A stretch of DNA of 64,000 nucleotides. It comes from Opitutales bacterium. GTDB lineage: Bacteria > Verrucomicrobiota > Verrucomicrobiia > Opitutales > JAFGAQ01. This document shows positions 42,343 through 53,382 of the stretch, piece after piece. The stretch's first letter is position 1. Each line of letters opens with the position of its first letter. Below the pieces are notes generated by a model. That model had not been told where the DNA came from. It ran no database searches and saw only the letters and a list, made by a program, of their open reading frames with translations. Position numbers and translations under genes: made by a program. The DNA lies in assembly GCA_033813415.1 (NCBI GenBank), contig JAPXRV010000001.1:40524-104523 (forward strand), in the 5' to 3' direction.

Positions 42343-43809
42343 ATGTCAGAAAATAATGCCTCTCCACGCGTCGCCTTTTTCAGTGGCGAAAATATCCCGC
42401 TTGAACTGCACAAGGTGCGTATCGTTCAGAAGCTCCATCTCCGTCCTGTAGAAAGGCGCCTGGAAGCTATCCGTGAAGCCGGATTCAACACCTTTCTTCT
42501 CGAGACCAAGGATATCTTCCTCGATATGCTGACCGACAGCGGAACCAATGCGATGAGCGATCAGCAGCTGGGTTCCATGATGGTGGCCGACGATGCGTAT
42601 GCGGGATCCGCCAGCTTCACCCGCATGCAGAAAGCGATCAAGGATGTCTTTGGCATGAGCCTCGTGCTTCCGGTTCACCAAGGTCGCGCCGCTGAAAACG
42701 TTATTTCCAAGACCTTTGTGAAACAGGGCGATGTGGTCCCCATGAACTACCACTTCACCACCACCAAAGCCCACATCGACATCAACGGTGGGGAAATCCT
42801 CGAGATCTTCACGGATCAAGCGCTCAAGATCAAGAGCACCAACCCGTTCAAGGGCAACATCGACACCGCCAAGCTCAAGGACGTGATCCAGAAGTACGGC
42901 CCGGCCCGCATCCCCTACGTCAGAATGGAGGCCTCCACCAACCTCATCGGCGGTCAGCCCTTCTCCATGGCCAACATGCGTGAGGTCAGGGAAATCACCC
43001 GCCAGCACGGTATCATGCTCGTTCTCGACGTCAGCCTGGTCGGTGAGAATGCCTGGTTTATCAAGCAGCGCGAAGAAGGATACTCCAACAAGCCGATCAT
43101 CGATATCCTGCACGAAATGTGCGGCCTGTCGGACATGATCTATTTCTCAAGTCGCAAAGTCAGCTCCACCCGCGGCGGGGCGATTGCGACCAACCGCATG
43201 GATCTCTTCAACAAAATGAAGGATCTCATCCCCCTCTATGAAGGGTTCCTGACCTATGGAGGGATGTCGGTGCGTGAAATTGAGGCGATGGCGGTCGGAC
43301 TCTACGAAACCACGGACGACACCGTGATCGGCCAGTCCCCCTCCTTCATCCGCTACATCGTCGAGGAACTCGACGCCGCCGGAGTGCCGGTCATCACCCC
43401 TCCGGGAGGCCTCGGATGCCACGTCGATGCCGGCGGATTTCTCTCCCACGTGCCGCAGTCCCAATACCCGGCCGGCGCTCTGGCCGCCGCCTTCTTCATC
43501 GCTTCAGGCGTGCGCGGAATGGAAAGAGGCACCATCTCCAGCGTGCGTGACAAAAACGGAAACGATGTGCTGGCGGACGTTGAACTGCTTCGCCTCGCCA
43601 TGCCCCGTCGTGTATTCACCCTTTCCCAGGTGAAATACGCTTCCGACCGCATGCAGTGGTTGTATCAAAACCGCGAACTCATCGGTGGGTTGCGCTTCGT
43701 GGAAGAACCCGCAGTGCTGCGCTTCTTCCTCGGAAGACTCGAGCCCATCAACGACTGGCCCGTCAAACTCATGGAAAAGTTCCGCAAGGACTTCGGCGAC
43801 AGCCTCTGA
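42343..43809 (+). CDS. tnaA: tryptophanase / tyrosine phenol-lyase family beta-eliminating lyase
   Basis: Aligns along its full length with E. coli TnaA by eye: FLDMLTDSGTNAMSDQQ, HQGRAAENV, TNLIGGQPFSMANMREV, ENAWFIKQREEGY, and the PLP-lysine region SSRKVSSTRGG. Confidence 0.85.
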   Translation: MSENNASPRVAFFSGENIPLELHKVRIVQKLHLRPVERRLEAIREAGFNTFLLETKDIFLDMLTDSGTNAMSDQQLGSMMVADDAYAGSASFTRMQKAIKDVFGMSLVLPVHQGRAAENVISKTFVKQGDVVPMNYHFTTTKAHIDINGGEILEIFTDQALKIKSTNPFKGNIDTAKLKDVIQKYGPARIPYVRMEASTNLIGGQPFSMANMREVREITRQHGIMLVLDVSLVGENAWFIKQREEGYSNKPIIDILHEMCGLSDMIYFSSRKVSSTRGGAIATNRMDLFNKMKDLIPLYEGFLTYGGMSVREIEAMAVGLYETTDDTVIGQSPSFIRYIVEELDAAGVPVITPPGGLGCHVDAGGFLSHVPQSQYPAGALAAAFFIASGVRGMERGTISSVRDKNGNDVLADVELLRLAMPRRVFTLSQVKYASDRMQWLYQNRELIGGLRFVEEPAVLRFFLGRLEPINDWPVKLMEKFRKDFGDSL

Positions 43810-43857
43810 TCGCCCTGCTGTATCCGGCAAAAATCGGATTACAGTGTTCTTTTAACC

Positions 43858-43896
43858 AAAGGCGGTTTGCACTTCCCGTGCCGACCGCCTTTTTTG
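43858..43896 (+). terminator. intrinsic terminator after tnaA
   Basis: AAAGGCGGT-17 nt loop-ACCGCCTTT followed by a T-run (43890-43895). Confidence 0.6.
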
Positions 43897-44671
43897 TCCC
43901 CCCACATCTCCTCCAATTACCAATCTGAAGATACTTCATGTGGCATAAAGCCCACAAATTCCCCGATCCAGTTCCTCTCCCCGTACCGGAACGCTTACCT
44001 GTTCCGTCTTTGTTCCATTCCCACTCCCCAGCTCAATACCACGCTGCTTCGGAAGGCTCACGCTTTCCGCTACGGAAGCGGATACCCGAATCCAGTAGGG
44101 CGAGGTGTCCCCACCGAGCCGCTCTCCCTCTGCGTCTCCGCGCCTCTGCGCGAGTCAAATCTTCTGGGAAAAAAATGATTCTCATCCGCAGATTCACGCA
44201 GATTTCCACAGATTATAAGAAATCATCCACCCTTCGTGCTCTCTGCTCCCTTATAGGTTAAAAATCTTCAATCCCTCTTCCTTTGGGCCTTTGCGGCTTA
44301 AGTGCAGACGCTGCAGGCAGCGTCAAACGGGCGTGAGACAAATCTTCGTCAATCCTGTGGATCCTGTCCATAAGCCCTCTTCCGGAGGGGGTGGCTTCAG
44401 CCATCCTCTATTACCATAGCCCACCAGCCGCTCAATCGCCTGCGGATGAGCTAGGACGTTCATCCCTACCCGCAACGTGCCTTCCCATAGTAGCGGGAGC
44501 ATACCTGATCGCGCCATTCTTCGATGCCTTCAAATGGTAAGCATCAGCGCTCCCTGCTCTGGAGAAGACGACGGGCTTGGTCATGAGCGTAGTCGAAGGG
44601 CACGAAGGAGGAAAAAAACTCAGAACGCTTCAATATCAGTGGTTGAAGGCTTCTTATAGCCTCCGGGTGAT
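43897..44671. other. non-coding island rich in hairpins and short degenerate repeats (possible decayed interspersed elements)
   Basis: No credible ORF. Hairpins at 43987-44006 and 44061-44080, three tandem decamers at 44187-44216, and a recurring AAATCTTC motif at 44157, 44262 and 44340. Confidence 0.45.
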
Positions 44672-45958
44672 TCAGTTAATCCCGGACGCAGTATAGTCCA
44701 GAACACTCTCCGGATCCTGATCCGAAGCTTGAATGGTGAACTGGATGGACTGTCCCGCCTGAATCGACTGGTCGCCAACGGATTCAAGAACCGGTGGTTG
44801 ATTATCCCCGTCGCTGTATTCATACGCTCCCAGATCAAGCGCACCAACTGTAGGCCGGGCCCGCACATTGCAGGGATGCACATACTCTTGAGCCGGTGTC
44901 AGTGCGAAACCTGAACCTGTGCCGGGATTCATCCCCTCATTGATCGCCAGTGAACCGGATTCCAAGTGATAGTCGCAAGCCGCCCGGTTGACAAAACCAA
45001 TGCCGGTTGCGGATAGATTGTTCGTCACCGAACCTGTATGTGCCCCATTGATAACGGTCCCATAGTTGTCAAAGATGTTGTTCACAATGGTGACTTCGGG
45101 CGTCCCACCAACATTGATCGGGATGGCATTGGCACTATTCCCGCGATCACTCACAAAGGTATTGTTCACCACAAACAATTGTTGAATCGGGTTGTTTCTG
45201 TTTTCGCGTGCGTAAGAAAACGAACTTGAGTTCGGAGATTGAGCGCCTTCGTGAAAAAGGTTTCCGATCACGTAGGAAAGACCGCCTTCCGGGATATCGA
45301 GCAGGTAACTGGATTGTCCATCGCTTTCGTCAGTAATCCGGTTATACATTGTGTGGTTTTCATCGGCTCTTGTTTTTACCAGATGGCCAGTCAATGAATG
45401 ATGGGAATAGTTGTACCGGAAGATGAATTTCCGGCACCTTCCAATGTAGATGTTGTGACTGTAGCCATCTCCATGTCCGTGATAGGCCAGCTCGCAATAC
45501 TCGACCGTAATCTCGCTGTTGGGCTTATTGGATTCAAGAATTGCATTTTCGTTATGGTGAAAATAGCACGATCGAACGGTGAGATGGTCTCCTTCCTGGC
45601 GAATACCGGCTCCGTTGTGGTCAGGGACTGCAGCCCCGGTAAACTCGATGTTCTCGACGGTGGTATTGTTCCCTTGGATCACCCAGATTGCTTTCCGGTT
45701 TGGAATTGAGATCCCGGTTACATTCATCACCGGCCGCCCTCCCACCCCGCGGATTGTCAGGTTATTCTGTGTCCAGGTCCCTATAGCCGCGTTTGTGTAG
45801 GTTCCCGCATCGATTTCGACCACATCCCCGTCGTTGGCAAGAGACGCAGCGGCGGACGGCGAAGTCACGGCCCGGGATGGACCAACCTGAATCGTCGCCG
45901 CGACAACCGATTGCGTCATCAAAACCGAAACCATCAGAAAATGAGTCAGGTTTTTCAT
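44672..45958 (-). CDS. secreted right-handed parallel beta-helix repeat protein with partial C-terminal Ig/cadherin-like domain
   Basis: Signal peptide MKNLTHFLMVSVLMTQSVVAA. Beta-helix repeats include NLTIRGVGG, IQGNNTTVENIEF, VRSCYFHHNENAILE and VVNNTF. The C-terminus is NQPPVLESVGDQSIQAGQSIQFTIQASD. Start at ATG 45958, not the ORF maximum at 46285. Confidence 0.75.
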   Translation of the reverse strand: MKNLTHFLMVSVLMTQSVVAATIQVGPSRAVTSPSAAASLANDGDVVEIDAGTYTNAAIGTWTQNNLTIRGVGGRPVMNVTGISIPNRKAIWVIQGNNTTVENIEFTGAAVPDHNGAGIRQEGDHLTVRSCYFHHNENAILESNKPNSEITVEYCELAYHGHGDGYSHNIYIGRCRKFIFRYNYSHHSLTGHLVKTRADENHTMYNRITDESDGQSSYLLDIPEGGLSYVIGNLFHEGAQSPNSSSFSYARENRNNPIQQLFVVNNTFVSDRGNSANAIPINVGGTPEVTIVNNIFDNYGTVINGAHTGSVTNNLSATGIGFVNRAACDYHLESGSLAINEGMNPGTGSGFALTPAQEYVHPCNVRARPTVGALDLGAYEYSDGDNQPPVLESVGDQSIQAGQSIQFTIQASDQDPESVLDYTASGIN

Positions 45959-46415
45959 GTATTTATCAAAAGATCCCCGAATGACATTACGAAGCCATTG
46001 AACGGCATGTATCCGACACCGTGAACTATGAAATCCGGGGCAGGAATCGATAGACAACTCCGTGTGCATGAGGAAAGGGCTGAAGGTTTTCAACCTACCC
46101 GATTCGCCCCTCGCATGACAAGTCTTGAATCGAGATACCCCCGCTCCGAAGTGCACGAACAAACAAGATCTCCAAAAAAGCGCATTATCAGTGTTGATCA
46201 TCCCCATCGGCTCCCGAAAGCATCCAGGGCCTCCTCTGTCGTTTCTCAGAGTTCCATGGCAGATCTTGTTTCTTAAAAAGCCCATTCCGTGCGCTTAGTC
46301 CTGTCCTCATGGTAGGGCGCTTTTGTCCATCCTGAAAAGGAGCTTGGCTTTTTTGATTGAATGATGTGCAAGCGGTCTTCATATCCAGTCAACGGCATCA
46401 TATTGGCTACTTCCC

Positions 46416-47240
46416 ATGTTTGATTTCTTTTTGGAGCTATCTCCCATTTGGCAGGCGTTGATTGCGGGAACCTTTACCTGGCTTCTGACTGCAATCGGTG
46501 CGACTGCCGTATTTTTCAAAAACCGTTTCTCCGAAAGAAGCTCCGATATCATGATGGGATTCGCGGCGGGCGTTATGATTGCCGCGAGCTTTTGGTCGCT
46601 GCTATCTCCTGCAATAGAAATACTCGAATTCCGCGACTCGGTGGCATGGTTGGGTGTGGCTCTTGGCTTCCTTGCTGGTGCTGCCTTCCTGCGGATTACC
46701 GACAAACTGATGCCGCACTTGCATCCAGGGTTCATGGAATTGTCGGCGGCGGAGGGTCCACACACCGAATGGCGAAGGTCTACCCTTCTCCTGTCCGCCA
46801 TGACCATTCACAATATACCGGAAGGAGCCGCACTCGGTATCGCATTTGGAGCATTGGCACACAGTACGGACCTTGTCGCAGCCTCATCCATTTCCGGTGC
46901 GATTGCCCTGACCCTCGGTATTGGCCTCCAGAATGTTCCCGAGGGACTGGCCGTCGCCATGCCATTGCGCCGGATGGGGCGCTCCAAACGCAGGGCCTTC
47001 TTTTTTGGGCAGGCTTCCGCTCTGGTGGAGCCTTTGGCCGCAGTTGCAGGGGCATTTTTGGTCATTCAAACGGCTTGGATACTCCCATACGCGCTTGCCT
47101 TTGCCGCTGGTGCCATGATTTTCGTAGCTGTGGAAGAACTTATCCCGGAATCCCAATCCCACGGTAACACCGACCTGGCAACTATGTCCACCATCGTAGG
47201 CTTCACTGTCATGATGTGCCTCGACGTAGGTCTTGGCTAG
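46416..47240 (+). CDS. zupT: ZIP-family divalent metal transporter (ZupT-like)
   Basis: HNIPEGAALGIAFG, GIGLQNVPEGLAVAMPL and FAAGAMIFVAVEELIPES. Confidence 0.9.
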   Translation: MFDFFLELSPIWQALIAGTFTWLLTAIGATAVFFKNRFSERSSDIMMGFAAGVMIAASFWSLLSPAIEILEFRDSVAWLGVALGFLAGAAFLRITDKLMPHLHPGFMELSAAEGPHTEWRRSTLLLSAMTIHNIPEGAALGIAFGALAHSTDLVAASSISGAIALTLGIGLQNVPEGLAVAMPLRRMGRSKRRAFFFGQASALVEPLAAVAGAFLVIQTAWILPYALAFAAGAMIFVAVEELIPESQSHGNTDLATMSTIVGFTVMMCLDVGLG

Positions 47241-47362
47241 TCGTGATAGCATGACGGCTATTACTGGGGCCTGCACTGTCTCAGCCCGTTCAGCAGGTAG
47301 GACCTATGTTCCCGCGGTTACTGCCCTTCAGAGGATTGAATGGATATGATATCTTGAGACAC

Positions 47363-47396
47363 AAAAAAGGCACCGGTTTCAACCGGTGCCTTTTTT
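47363..47396. terminator. bidirectional intrinsic terminator between the ZIP gene (+) and pckG (-)
   Basis: AAAAAA-GGCACCGGT-TTCA-ACCGGTGCC-TTTTTT: a 9 bp perfect stem flanked by an A6 and a T6 run. Confidence 0.8.
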
Positions 47397-47460
47397 AAAA
47401 CCAAGTGTTTCATCTGTGAGCAGCCGGGAGGCCCGGATACCCACTTTAAAACAGCATAGA

Positions 47461-49263
47461 TCAGGCCTGATTCAGGCGGGATTCAAGGCGATCGAGGAAT
47501 GCCCAGAGTTCCTTAGGCATGCGCTCACCGAACTTTGGATAGTGGTTGGCGCGGATGTCCGCGACTTCCTTCTTCCAACCTTCCACGTCAACCTTCAGGA
47601 GTTCATCCATGTCGGCTTCGGAAACACCCTTGGGCAAGCTGATTTCACCCTTGGCCGGAATCTTACCGATCGGGGTGTCAACCGTCTTGGCCTTGCCTTC
47701 ACAGCGGTTGAAAATGTATTCCAACACGCGGGAGTTTTCACCAAAGCCCGGCCAGAGCCAGCGACCGTCAGCCATCTTACGGAACCAGTTGACAAAGAAT
47801 ACCTTTGGCAACTTGACACCGGGCTTCTTGCCCAGGTTGATCCAGTGTTGGAAGTATTCACCCATGTTGTATCCACAGAAGGGCAACATGGCCATCGGGT
47901 CACGACGGACGCTACCAACCTTGAGGTCGAGGGCAGCGGCGGTGATTTCAGAACCCACGATCGAGCCCATGAAGGTTCCATGTTCCCAGCTTTCCGCTTC
48001 GTGAACGAGAGGAATCGTGGAAGGGCGGCGACCGCCGAAGAGGATGGCGTCGATGGCCACACCCTTCGGGTCTTCCCAGTTCGATGCGATGCTCGGGCAA
48101 TTGGAAGCCTTGGCAGTGAAACGGCCATTCGGATGAGCCGCCGTGCCTTCGGACTTGCCCTGTTCCCACTCGTTGCCCTTCCAGTCGATGAGCTTGCCGG
48201 GTGCGGGATAGCCAATGCCTTCCCACCAGATGTCGCCATCTTCGGTCAGCCCGACGTTCGTGAAGACAGTGTCCTTTTCGATCGAATGCATCGCATTCGG
48301 ATTCGAGTCAGTTGATGTTCCGGGAGCCACTCCGAAGAATCCGGCTTCAGGATTGATCGCGTAAAGCTTGCCATCGCTGCCAAACTTCATCCAGGCGATA
48401 TCGTCGCCAACCGTCTCAACCTTCCATCCAGGAATGGTTGGAACCAACATCGCAAGATTGGTCTTGCCGCATGCGCTCGGGAACGCAGCCGCAACATGTT
48501 TGGAAACGCCTTCGGGATTCGTAATCTTGAGGATGAGCATGTGCTCAGCCATCCAACCTTCGTCGCGGGCCTGAACCGATGCAATACGCAGCGCCAGACA
48601 CTTCTTACCGAGCAAGGCATTACCGCCATAACCGGAGCCATAGGACCAAATGAGGCGTTCTTCCGGGAAGTGCGCGATGTACTTCTTGTCGAGAGGAGCA
48701 CAGGGCCACAGGCCATTGTCGGATTCTCCTTCAGCAAGAGGCTTGCCGACAGAATGCAGACAAGGAACGTATTCACCGTCCGAACCCAGAACTTCGAGAA
48801 CCTTGGTTCCGACACGGGTCATGATGTGCATGTTCATCACGACGTATTCGCTGTCGGTCAATTCGATCCCGATCTTGGAAATATCAGATCCGATGGGACC
48901 CATCGAGAAAGGAATCACATACAACGTGCGTCCCTTCATGCAACCCTTGTAGAGGGCCTTCATGGTGGTCTTCAACTCAACCGGATCAATCCAGTTATTG
49001 GTTGGACCTGCATCATCCTTCGTCTTGCTAGCGATGTAGGTGCGGTTTTCCACACGTGCCACATCGCTAGGCTCAGAACGGAAAAGGAGGCTGTTTGGAC
49101 GCTTTTTGAGTGGAGTTGCAACTCCGCTGTCCAAGGTAATCTTGGCCATCCTCTGATACTCAGCTTCGGAACCGTCGCACCATTCGACTGCGTCGGGAGT
49201 CATCAGAGCGGCACATTCATTGACCCACTCGATTAGCTTTTTATGATTCGTTGGTAGATTCAT
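47461..49263 (-). CDS. pckG: phosphoenolpyruvate carboxykinase (GTP)
   Basis: 600 aa. [13 protein letters not shown] (kinase-1a P-loop), [15 protein letters not shown] and VNWFRK are characteristic of GTP-PEPCK. Confidence 0.95.
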   Translation of the reverse strand: MNLPTNHKKLIEWVNECAALMTPDAVEWCDGSEAEYQRMAKITLDSGVATPLKKRPNSLLFRSEPSDVARVENRTYIASKTKDDAGPTNNWIDPVELKTTMKALYKGCMKGRTLYVIPFSMGPIGSDISKIGIELTDSEYVVMNMHIMTRVGTKVLEVLGSDGEYVPCLHSVGKPLAEGESDNGLWPCAPLDKKYIAHFPEERLIWSYGSGYGGNALLGKKCLALRIASVQARDEGWMAEHMLILKITNPEGVSKHVAAAFPSACGKTNLAMLVPTIPGWKVETVGDDIAWMKFGSDGKLYAINPEAGFFGVAPGTSTDSNPNAMHSIEKDTVFTNVGLTEDGDIWWEGIGYPAPGKLIDWKGNEWEQGKSEGTAAHPNGRFTAKASNCPSIASNWEDPKGVAIDAILFGGRRPSTIPLVHEAESWEHGTFMGSIVGSEITAAALDLKVGSVRRDPMAMLPFCGYNMGEYFQHWINLGKKPGVKLPKVFFVNWFRKMADGRWLWPGFGENSRVLEYIFNRCEGKAKTVDTPIGKIPAKGEISLPKGVSEADMDELLKVDVEGWKKEVADIRANHYPKFGERMPKELWAFLDRLESRLNQA

Positions 49264-49587
49264 TGTCTCTCCGTTATTGTTTCACTTTGTACGGGATCGC
49301 GTTTTCGTGCGCCCTTGCGGTTGCACAACCACATTCCCGGCTATCCTAAGGATGGTCGTGATGATTTCCCCTACTAGCGGCTCGAATAGATAGACCCCCC
49401 CCTTGACCTGTCAAAACTTTTCGGGGGATTTCCATCCGATTTACAATTGAAGGCATCTTAAGATCCCTTTCCAAATGGGCGATTGCCCACAAAAAAACGA
49501 TCAGAAATCAAAACCATTTGACTCCACTCCCCGCTCTGCCGACTCTCGTATTCCGAACCCTTTCAACGCGATTTCCAAGAACCACCC

Positions 49588-52500
49588 ATGTCTTCCGACC
49601 CCTCGTTTGTTCACCTTCACCTTCATACTGATTATAGTCTCCTCGATGGATGCTGCCGCATCGATCGCCTCATGGCCAGATGCGCGGAACTGCAAATGCC
49701 GGCAGTCGCGATGACCGATCATGGCAACCTTTTTGGGGCCATTGATTTCTACAACAGCGCCAGGAAAAAAGGGATCAAACCGATCATCGGATGCGAAATC
49801 TATCTGGTCTACGACCACAAGATGTCGGATCGCCCCAAACGCGAGTCCAAGCGCACCGATGATATCGGAGACCTGCCGGAAGACGGAACCCTCAGCCCAG
49901 GACAGTTTCCCAAACACCAAATCCACCACAAAACCCTCCTCGCGCGGGATTTTGAGGGCTATCAAAACCTTGCCCGGATGGTCTCCAAAGCCCACACCGA
50001 AGGCATGTATTACCGACCCAGGGTGGACATGGAAACGCTGGCCCAGTACTCAAAAGGGATCATCGGACTGAGTGGGTGCATCAATGGAGTTGCCTCCCAG
50101 TACTTGCTCTACGGCGAATACGAAAAGGCCCGTGAAGCCACTGCCACTTTCATCGACATTTTCGGGAAGGATTCCTACTACATCGAGATCCAGGATCACG
50201 GATTATCCTTCCAGCGCAGGATCATCCCGGGCTTGCTCAAGCTATCGAAGGAATTCGATCTGCCTTTGGTCGCAACCAATGATTCCCACTACGTCCTGAA
50301 ATCCGACTGGGAAGCCCATGATTCCCTGCTCTGCATCCAAACCGGAAGAGTGCTGACCGACACCAAACGGATGAAGTATCCCTGCAATGAGTTCTACGTA
50401 AAATCCAGGGAGGAAATGCTTTCGCTCTTTCCGGACCATCCGGATGCAATTGATAACACCTTGAGGTTGGCTGAGCAGTGCGACCTGAAGATTCCATTCA
50501 AGGCCAACCACTACCCGGTATTTGAACAAACCCGGGCACTCGAAATTCACACGGACGAAAAGGGATTCAACCGGGTGCTGGATGTGTATGAAAGCGTCAA
50601 GCGCAAGCTCGATCAGTCTAAGAATCCCGATGCGCCTGTGTTTACATTGTCAGACGAGGATCGGGCCAAGCACATGAAGAACGGAACCATTCTGTTCGAT
50701 CTCTGCAAAAAGGGGCTCAAGGAACGGTATGGAGTAGACTACGATCACCCGGAGGATTACACCCTGAAGCCCGGACAGGATGACGATTTCGCCCGCAAGG
50801 TGTGCGAGAAAATGGAATATGAGCTGGCGATCATCACCGGCACTGGGTTCGTTGACTACTTCCTGATCGTATGGGACTACATCGACTGGGCACGCAAACA
50901 CGGAATCTCGGTCGGACCGGGACGTGGGTCCGGGGCTGGCTGTCTCGTGGCATACGTGCTCCACATCACCGACATTGACCCCCTCCGCTTTGGTCTGCTC
51001 TTCGAACGCATGCTCAACCTTGAGCGCGTATCGCCGCCCGACTTTGATATCGACTTCTGCATCCGTCGCCGGGATGAGGTGGTGAACTATGTTCGCGAGA
51101 AATATGGGGCCGATCGTGTTGCCAACATCATCACCTTCAATTGCTTCGGTGCCAAAATAATCGTCAGGGACTTGGCCCGGGTGAACGATGTTCCCTTCGC
51201 CGAAGCCAATCGCATCGCCCGCATGGTGCCGGATGACCTCAACATCTCGCTCAACGATGCGGTCGCCAAGAGCGAAGACCTGCAAAAGGAGGTCAAGATC
51301 AACCCGATCGCGAAAAAGATCATCGATCAGGGACTGATCATTGAATCGATGGTTCGCAACACCGGAAAGCACGCATGCGGGATTATTATCGGAGACCAGC
51401 GCCTGACAAATCTGATTCCGGTGACCTTGCAGGACAGTGACCTCACCACCCAATACCCAAAGGGACCGGTCGAGGATCTGGGCTTGCTCAAGATGGACTT
51501 CCTCGGGCTGAAGAACCTGACCGTTATCTCTGATGCCGAGGAGAACATCCGCAAGGCCCGTGGAATCCAAGACTTCAGTATCGAAAAAGTTCCACTTGAA
51601 GATTCAAAAACCTTTGATCTGCTCAACAGCGGACGCACCACCGCCGTATTCCAGCTCGAATCCTCTGGGATGCAGGCCCTGTGCCGGCAGATTGCACTCT
51701 CCAGTTTCGAGGAAATCATCGCCTTGATCGCGCTTTACCGTCCAGGTCCGATGCAGTTCATTCCCCAGTTCATCGAGGGAAAGAAAAATCCGGCTTCGGT
51801 TCAGGTCCCCCACCCGCTCCTGAGCAATCTGGTTCAGGAAACCTACGGTGTGCTGGTCTATCAGGAGCAGGTCATGCAAGCGGCTCAGATCATTGCGGGA
51901 TACTCGCTCGGGGACGCCGACATCCTCCGTCGGGCCATGGGGAAAAAAAAGCCCGAGGAAATGGCGGCTCAGAAAGAGGTGTTTGTGGAGGGTGCCAGAA
52001 AGAAACATGGCATGAGCCGCTCAACGGCACTGGAAATATTCTCGATCCTCGAACGCTTCGCGGCCTACGGATTCAACAAATCCCACTCCGCCGCGTATGC
52101 GATGGTGAGTTACCGCACCGCCTACCTCAAGGCCAACTACCCGGTCGAGTTCATGGCAGCCGTGCTTTCCAACGACCTCGGAGATGCGAAAAAAGTCGCT
52201 CACTTCATTGGGGAATGCGAATCCATGGGCATTTCGGTTCTTGGTCCGGACGTGAATGTCTCCCGCAACAGTTTCACGCCAGTCTATGACGAAGCGCATC
52301 CGCAAGGAGCCATTCGGTTTGGGATGGCGGCGATCAAGGGGGTGGGCGACTCTGCGGCCGATTCGATCATCCGCGAACGCGAGAAGGATGGCCCATTCAA
52401 AAGCTTCCGGGATTTCGCAAGCCGTATGGATGGCAAGTCCGTCAACCGCAAGGTCATGGAGTGCCTCATCAAAACCGGTGGATTCGACTCCATGGGCGAA

Positions 52501-53370
52501 TGCCGCGCCCAGCTGCTCCTCTCAATTGAAGCCATCCTCAGCGAGGTAGCCTCCATTCAGAAAGACCGGATGGCAGGACAATCCTCGCTCTTTGATCTGT
52601 TCGACGACGGGGCATCCAATGGAGGATTCGGAGCTTCGGGTCCCATTTCAGGAAATGATGCGAACCCGGTCCCGGAATTGGATGATGAGACCCGGCTGAA
52701 CTACGAAAAGGAACTGCTTGGGTTCTACCTGACAGGACACCCGCTTCAGCGTTATGGCACCCTTCCCGACGCGCTCACCAACGTTCACAGTGATCGTCTC
52801 GTCTCCTTGCGCGACCGGTCCAGCTTCCGGATCATGGGCGTTCTCTCCAAGGTTGAAGTCAAGCTATCAAAAAAGGACAACCGCAAATGGGCGATTCTGC
52901 AAATCGGCACAACCCGTGAGCTTTTCGAAAACGTCAATGTTTACTCGGACTCCTTTGAAAAATACGCCCCCTTGCTCCAGGAAAATGCGGTCATAACCGT
53001 ATCGGGGCAAGTGATGAACAAAGCCGGTGATGTCCGGCTGAGCGTGCAGGAGGTGCGGAGCGCCGACGACACGTTATGCAACCTTGTGAAATCCCTCACC
53101 GTGGTTCTCGATGCCCGGCAACCCAACGATCAGGTGCTGCTGCAATTGCGCAACGAAATTGATGCATCCTGGGGAAGTGTCAAAATGGATATCGGATTCC
53201 AGGTATCGGAGGATACGGTTGTGCTGGGAGAAACCAGTACCGCACTGGGCTTCACTCCGAGCACACGCATGATCGCTTTCCTCCGGCAATCACCGGTGGT
53301 GGTAGCGGTGCGATTCCACACCCAGGACATCCCGAGTTACGAAAACAACCGCCGTTATCCGGGAAGCTGA
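49588..53370 (+). CDS. dnaE: DNA polymerase III subunit alpha
   Basis: 1260 aa. PHP domain [15 protein letters not shown], palm/fingers motifs [21 protein letters not shown] and [17 protein letters not shown], and a C-terminal OB-fold region. Confidence 0.97.
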   Translation: MSSDPSFVHLHLHTDYSLLDGCCRIDRLMARCAELQMPAVAMTDHGNLFGAIDFYNSARKKGIKPIIGCEIYLVYDHKMSDRPKRESKRTDDIGDLPEDGTLSPGQFPKHQIHHKTLLARDFEGYQNLARMVSKAHTEGMYYRPRVDMETLAQYSKGIIGLSGCINGVASQYLLYGEYEKAREATATFIDIFGKDSYYIEIQDHGLSFQRRIIPGLLKLSKEFDLPLVATNDSHYVLKSDWEAHDSLLCIQTGRVLTDTKRMKYPCNEFYVKSREEMLSLFPDHPDAIDNTLRLAEQCDLKIPFKANHYPVFEQTRALEIHTDEKGFNRVLDVYESVKRKLDQSKNPDAPVFTLSDEDRAKHMKNGTILFDLCKKGLKERYGVDYDHPEDYTLKPGQDDDFARKVCEKMEYELAIITGTGFVDYFLIVWDYIDWARKHGISVGPGRGSGAGCLVAYVLHITDIDPLRFGLLFERMLNLERVSPPDFDIDFCIRRRDEVVNYVREKYGADRVANIITFNCFGAKIIVRDLARVNDVPFAEANRIARMVPDDLNISLNDAVAKSEDLQKEVKINPIAKKIIDQGLIIESMVRNTGKHACGIIIGDQRLTNLIPVTLQDSDLTTQYPKGPVEDLGLLKMDFLGLKNLTVISDAEENIRKARGIQDFSIEKVPLEDSKTFDLLNSGRTTAVFQLESSGMQALCRQIALSSFEEIIALIALYRPGPMQFIPQFIEGKKNPASVQVPHPLLSNLVQETYGVLVYQEQVMQAAQIIAGYSLGDADILRRAMGKKKPEEMAAQKEVFVEGARKKHGMSRSTALEIFSILERFAAYGFNKSHSAAYAMVSYRTAYLKANYPVEFMAAVLSNDLGDAKKVAHFIGECESMGISVLGPDVNVSRNSFTPVYDEAHPQGAIRFGMAAIKGVGDSAADSIIREREKDGPFKSFRDFASRMDGKSVNRKVMECLIKTGGFDSMGECRAQLLLSIEAILSEVASIQKDRMAGQSSLFDLFDDGASNGGFGASGPISGNDANPVPELDDETRLNYEKELLGFYLTGHPLQRYGTLPDALTNVHSDRLVSLRDRSSFRIMGVLSKVEVKLSKKDNRKWAILQIGTTRELFENVNVYSDSFEKYAPLLQENAVITVSGQVMNKAGDVRLSVQEVRSADDTLCNLVKSLTVVLDARQPNDQVLLQLRNEIDASWGSVKMDIGFQVSEDTVVLGETSTALGFTPSTRMIAFLRQSPVVVAVRFHTQDIPSYENNRRYPGS

Positions 53371-53382
53371 AAAACAAATATC

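Noticed and set aside
44157-44347. Possible CRISPR-like or tandem array suggested by the recurring AAATCTTC words.
   Set aside because: Only three copies occur, with irregular spacing (about 105 and 78 bp). There is no extended conserved repeat unit, and no cas genes are present in the window.
43867-44517. Short ORFs inside the non-coding island: 103 aa at 43867-44178, 107 aa at 43938-44261 and 64 aa at 44323-44517 (minus).
   Set aside because: They overlap one another in different frames, have Pro/Ser/Leu/Arg-rich low-complexity translations and cross hairpins and repeat relics, and no motif is recognisable. They are treated as non-coding.
45959-46285. A 109-codon upstream extension of the beta-helix ORF, and similar N-terminal extensions of the ORFs at 1365-2234, 188-1282, 23492-25555 and 61941-62960.
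   Set aside because: Internal start codons give canonical N-termini: a signal peptide MKNLTHF…, HAD motif I close to the start, a MoxR of typical length, ABC-F starting at IEFRNLS, and FkbM MIIQRLKK. The extensions overlap neighbouring genes or promoters.
47386-48315. Long antisense ORFs opposite well-supported genes. Examples: 309 aa opposite pckG, 381 aa at 56111-57256 opposite purA, 306 aa at 50650-51570 opposite dnaE, 306 aa at 12951-13871 opposite secDF, 255 aa at 42346-43113 opposite tnaA, and 292 aa at 6599-7477 opposite the GT4 gene.
   Set aside because: Each lies fully inside a gene with clear family motifs on the other strand. Their translations are R/G/H/V-rich with no recognisable motifs. 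Long stop-free antisense frames are expected from the codon bias of the sense genes.
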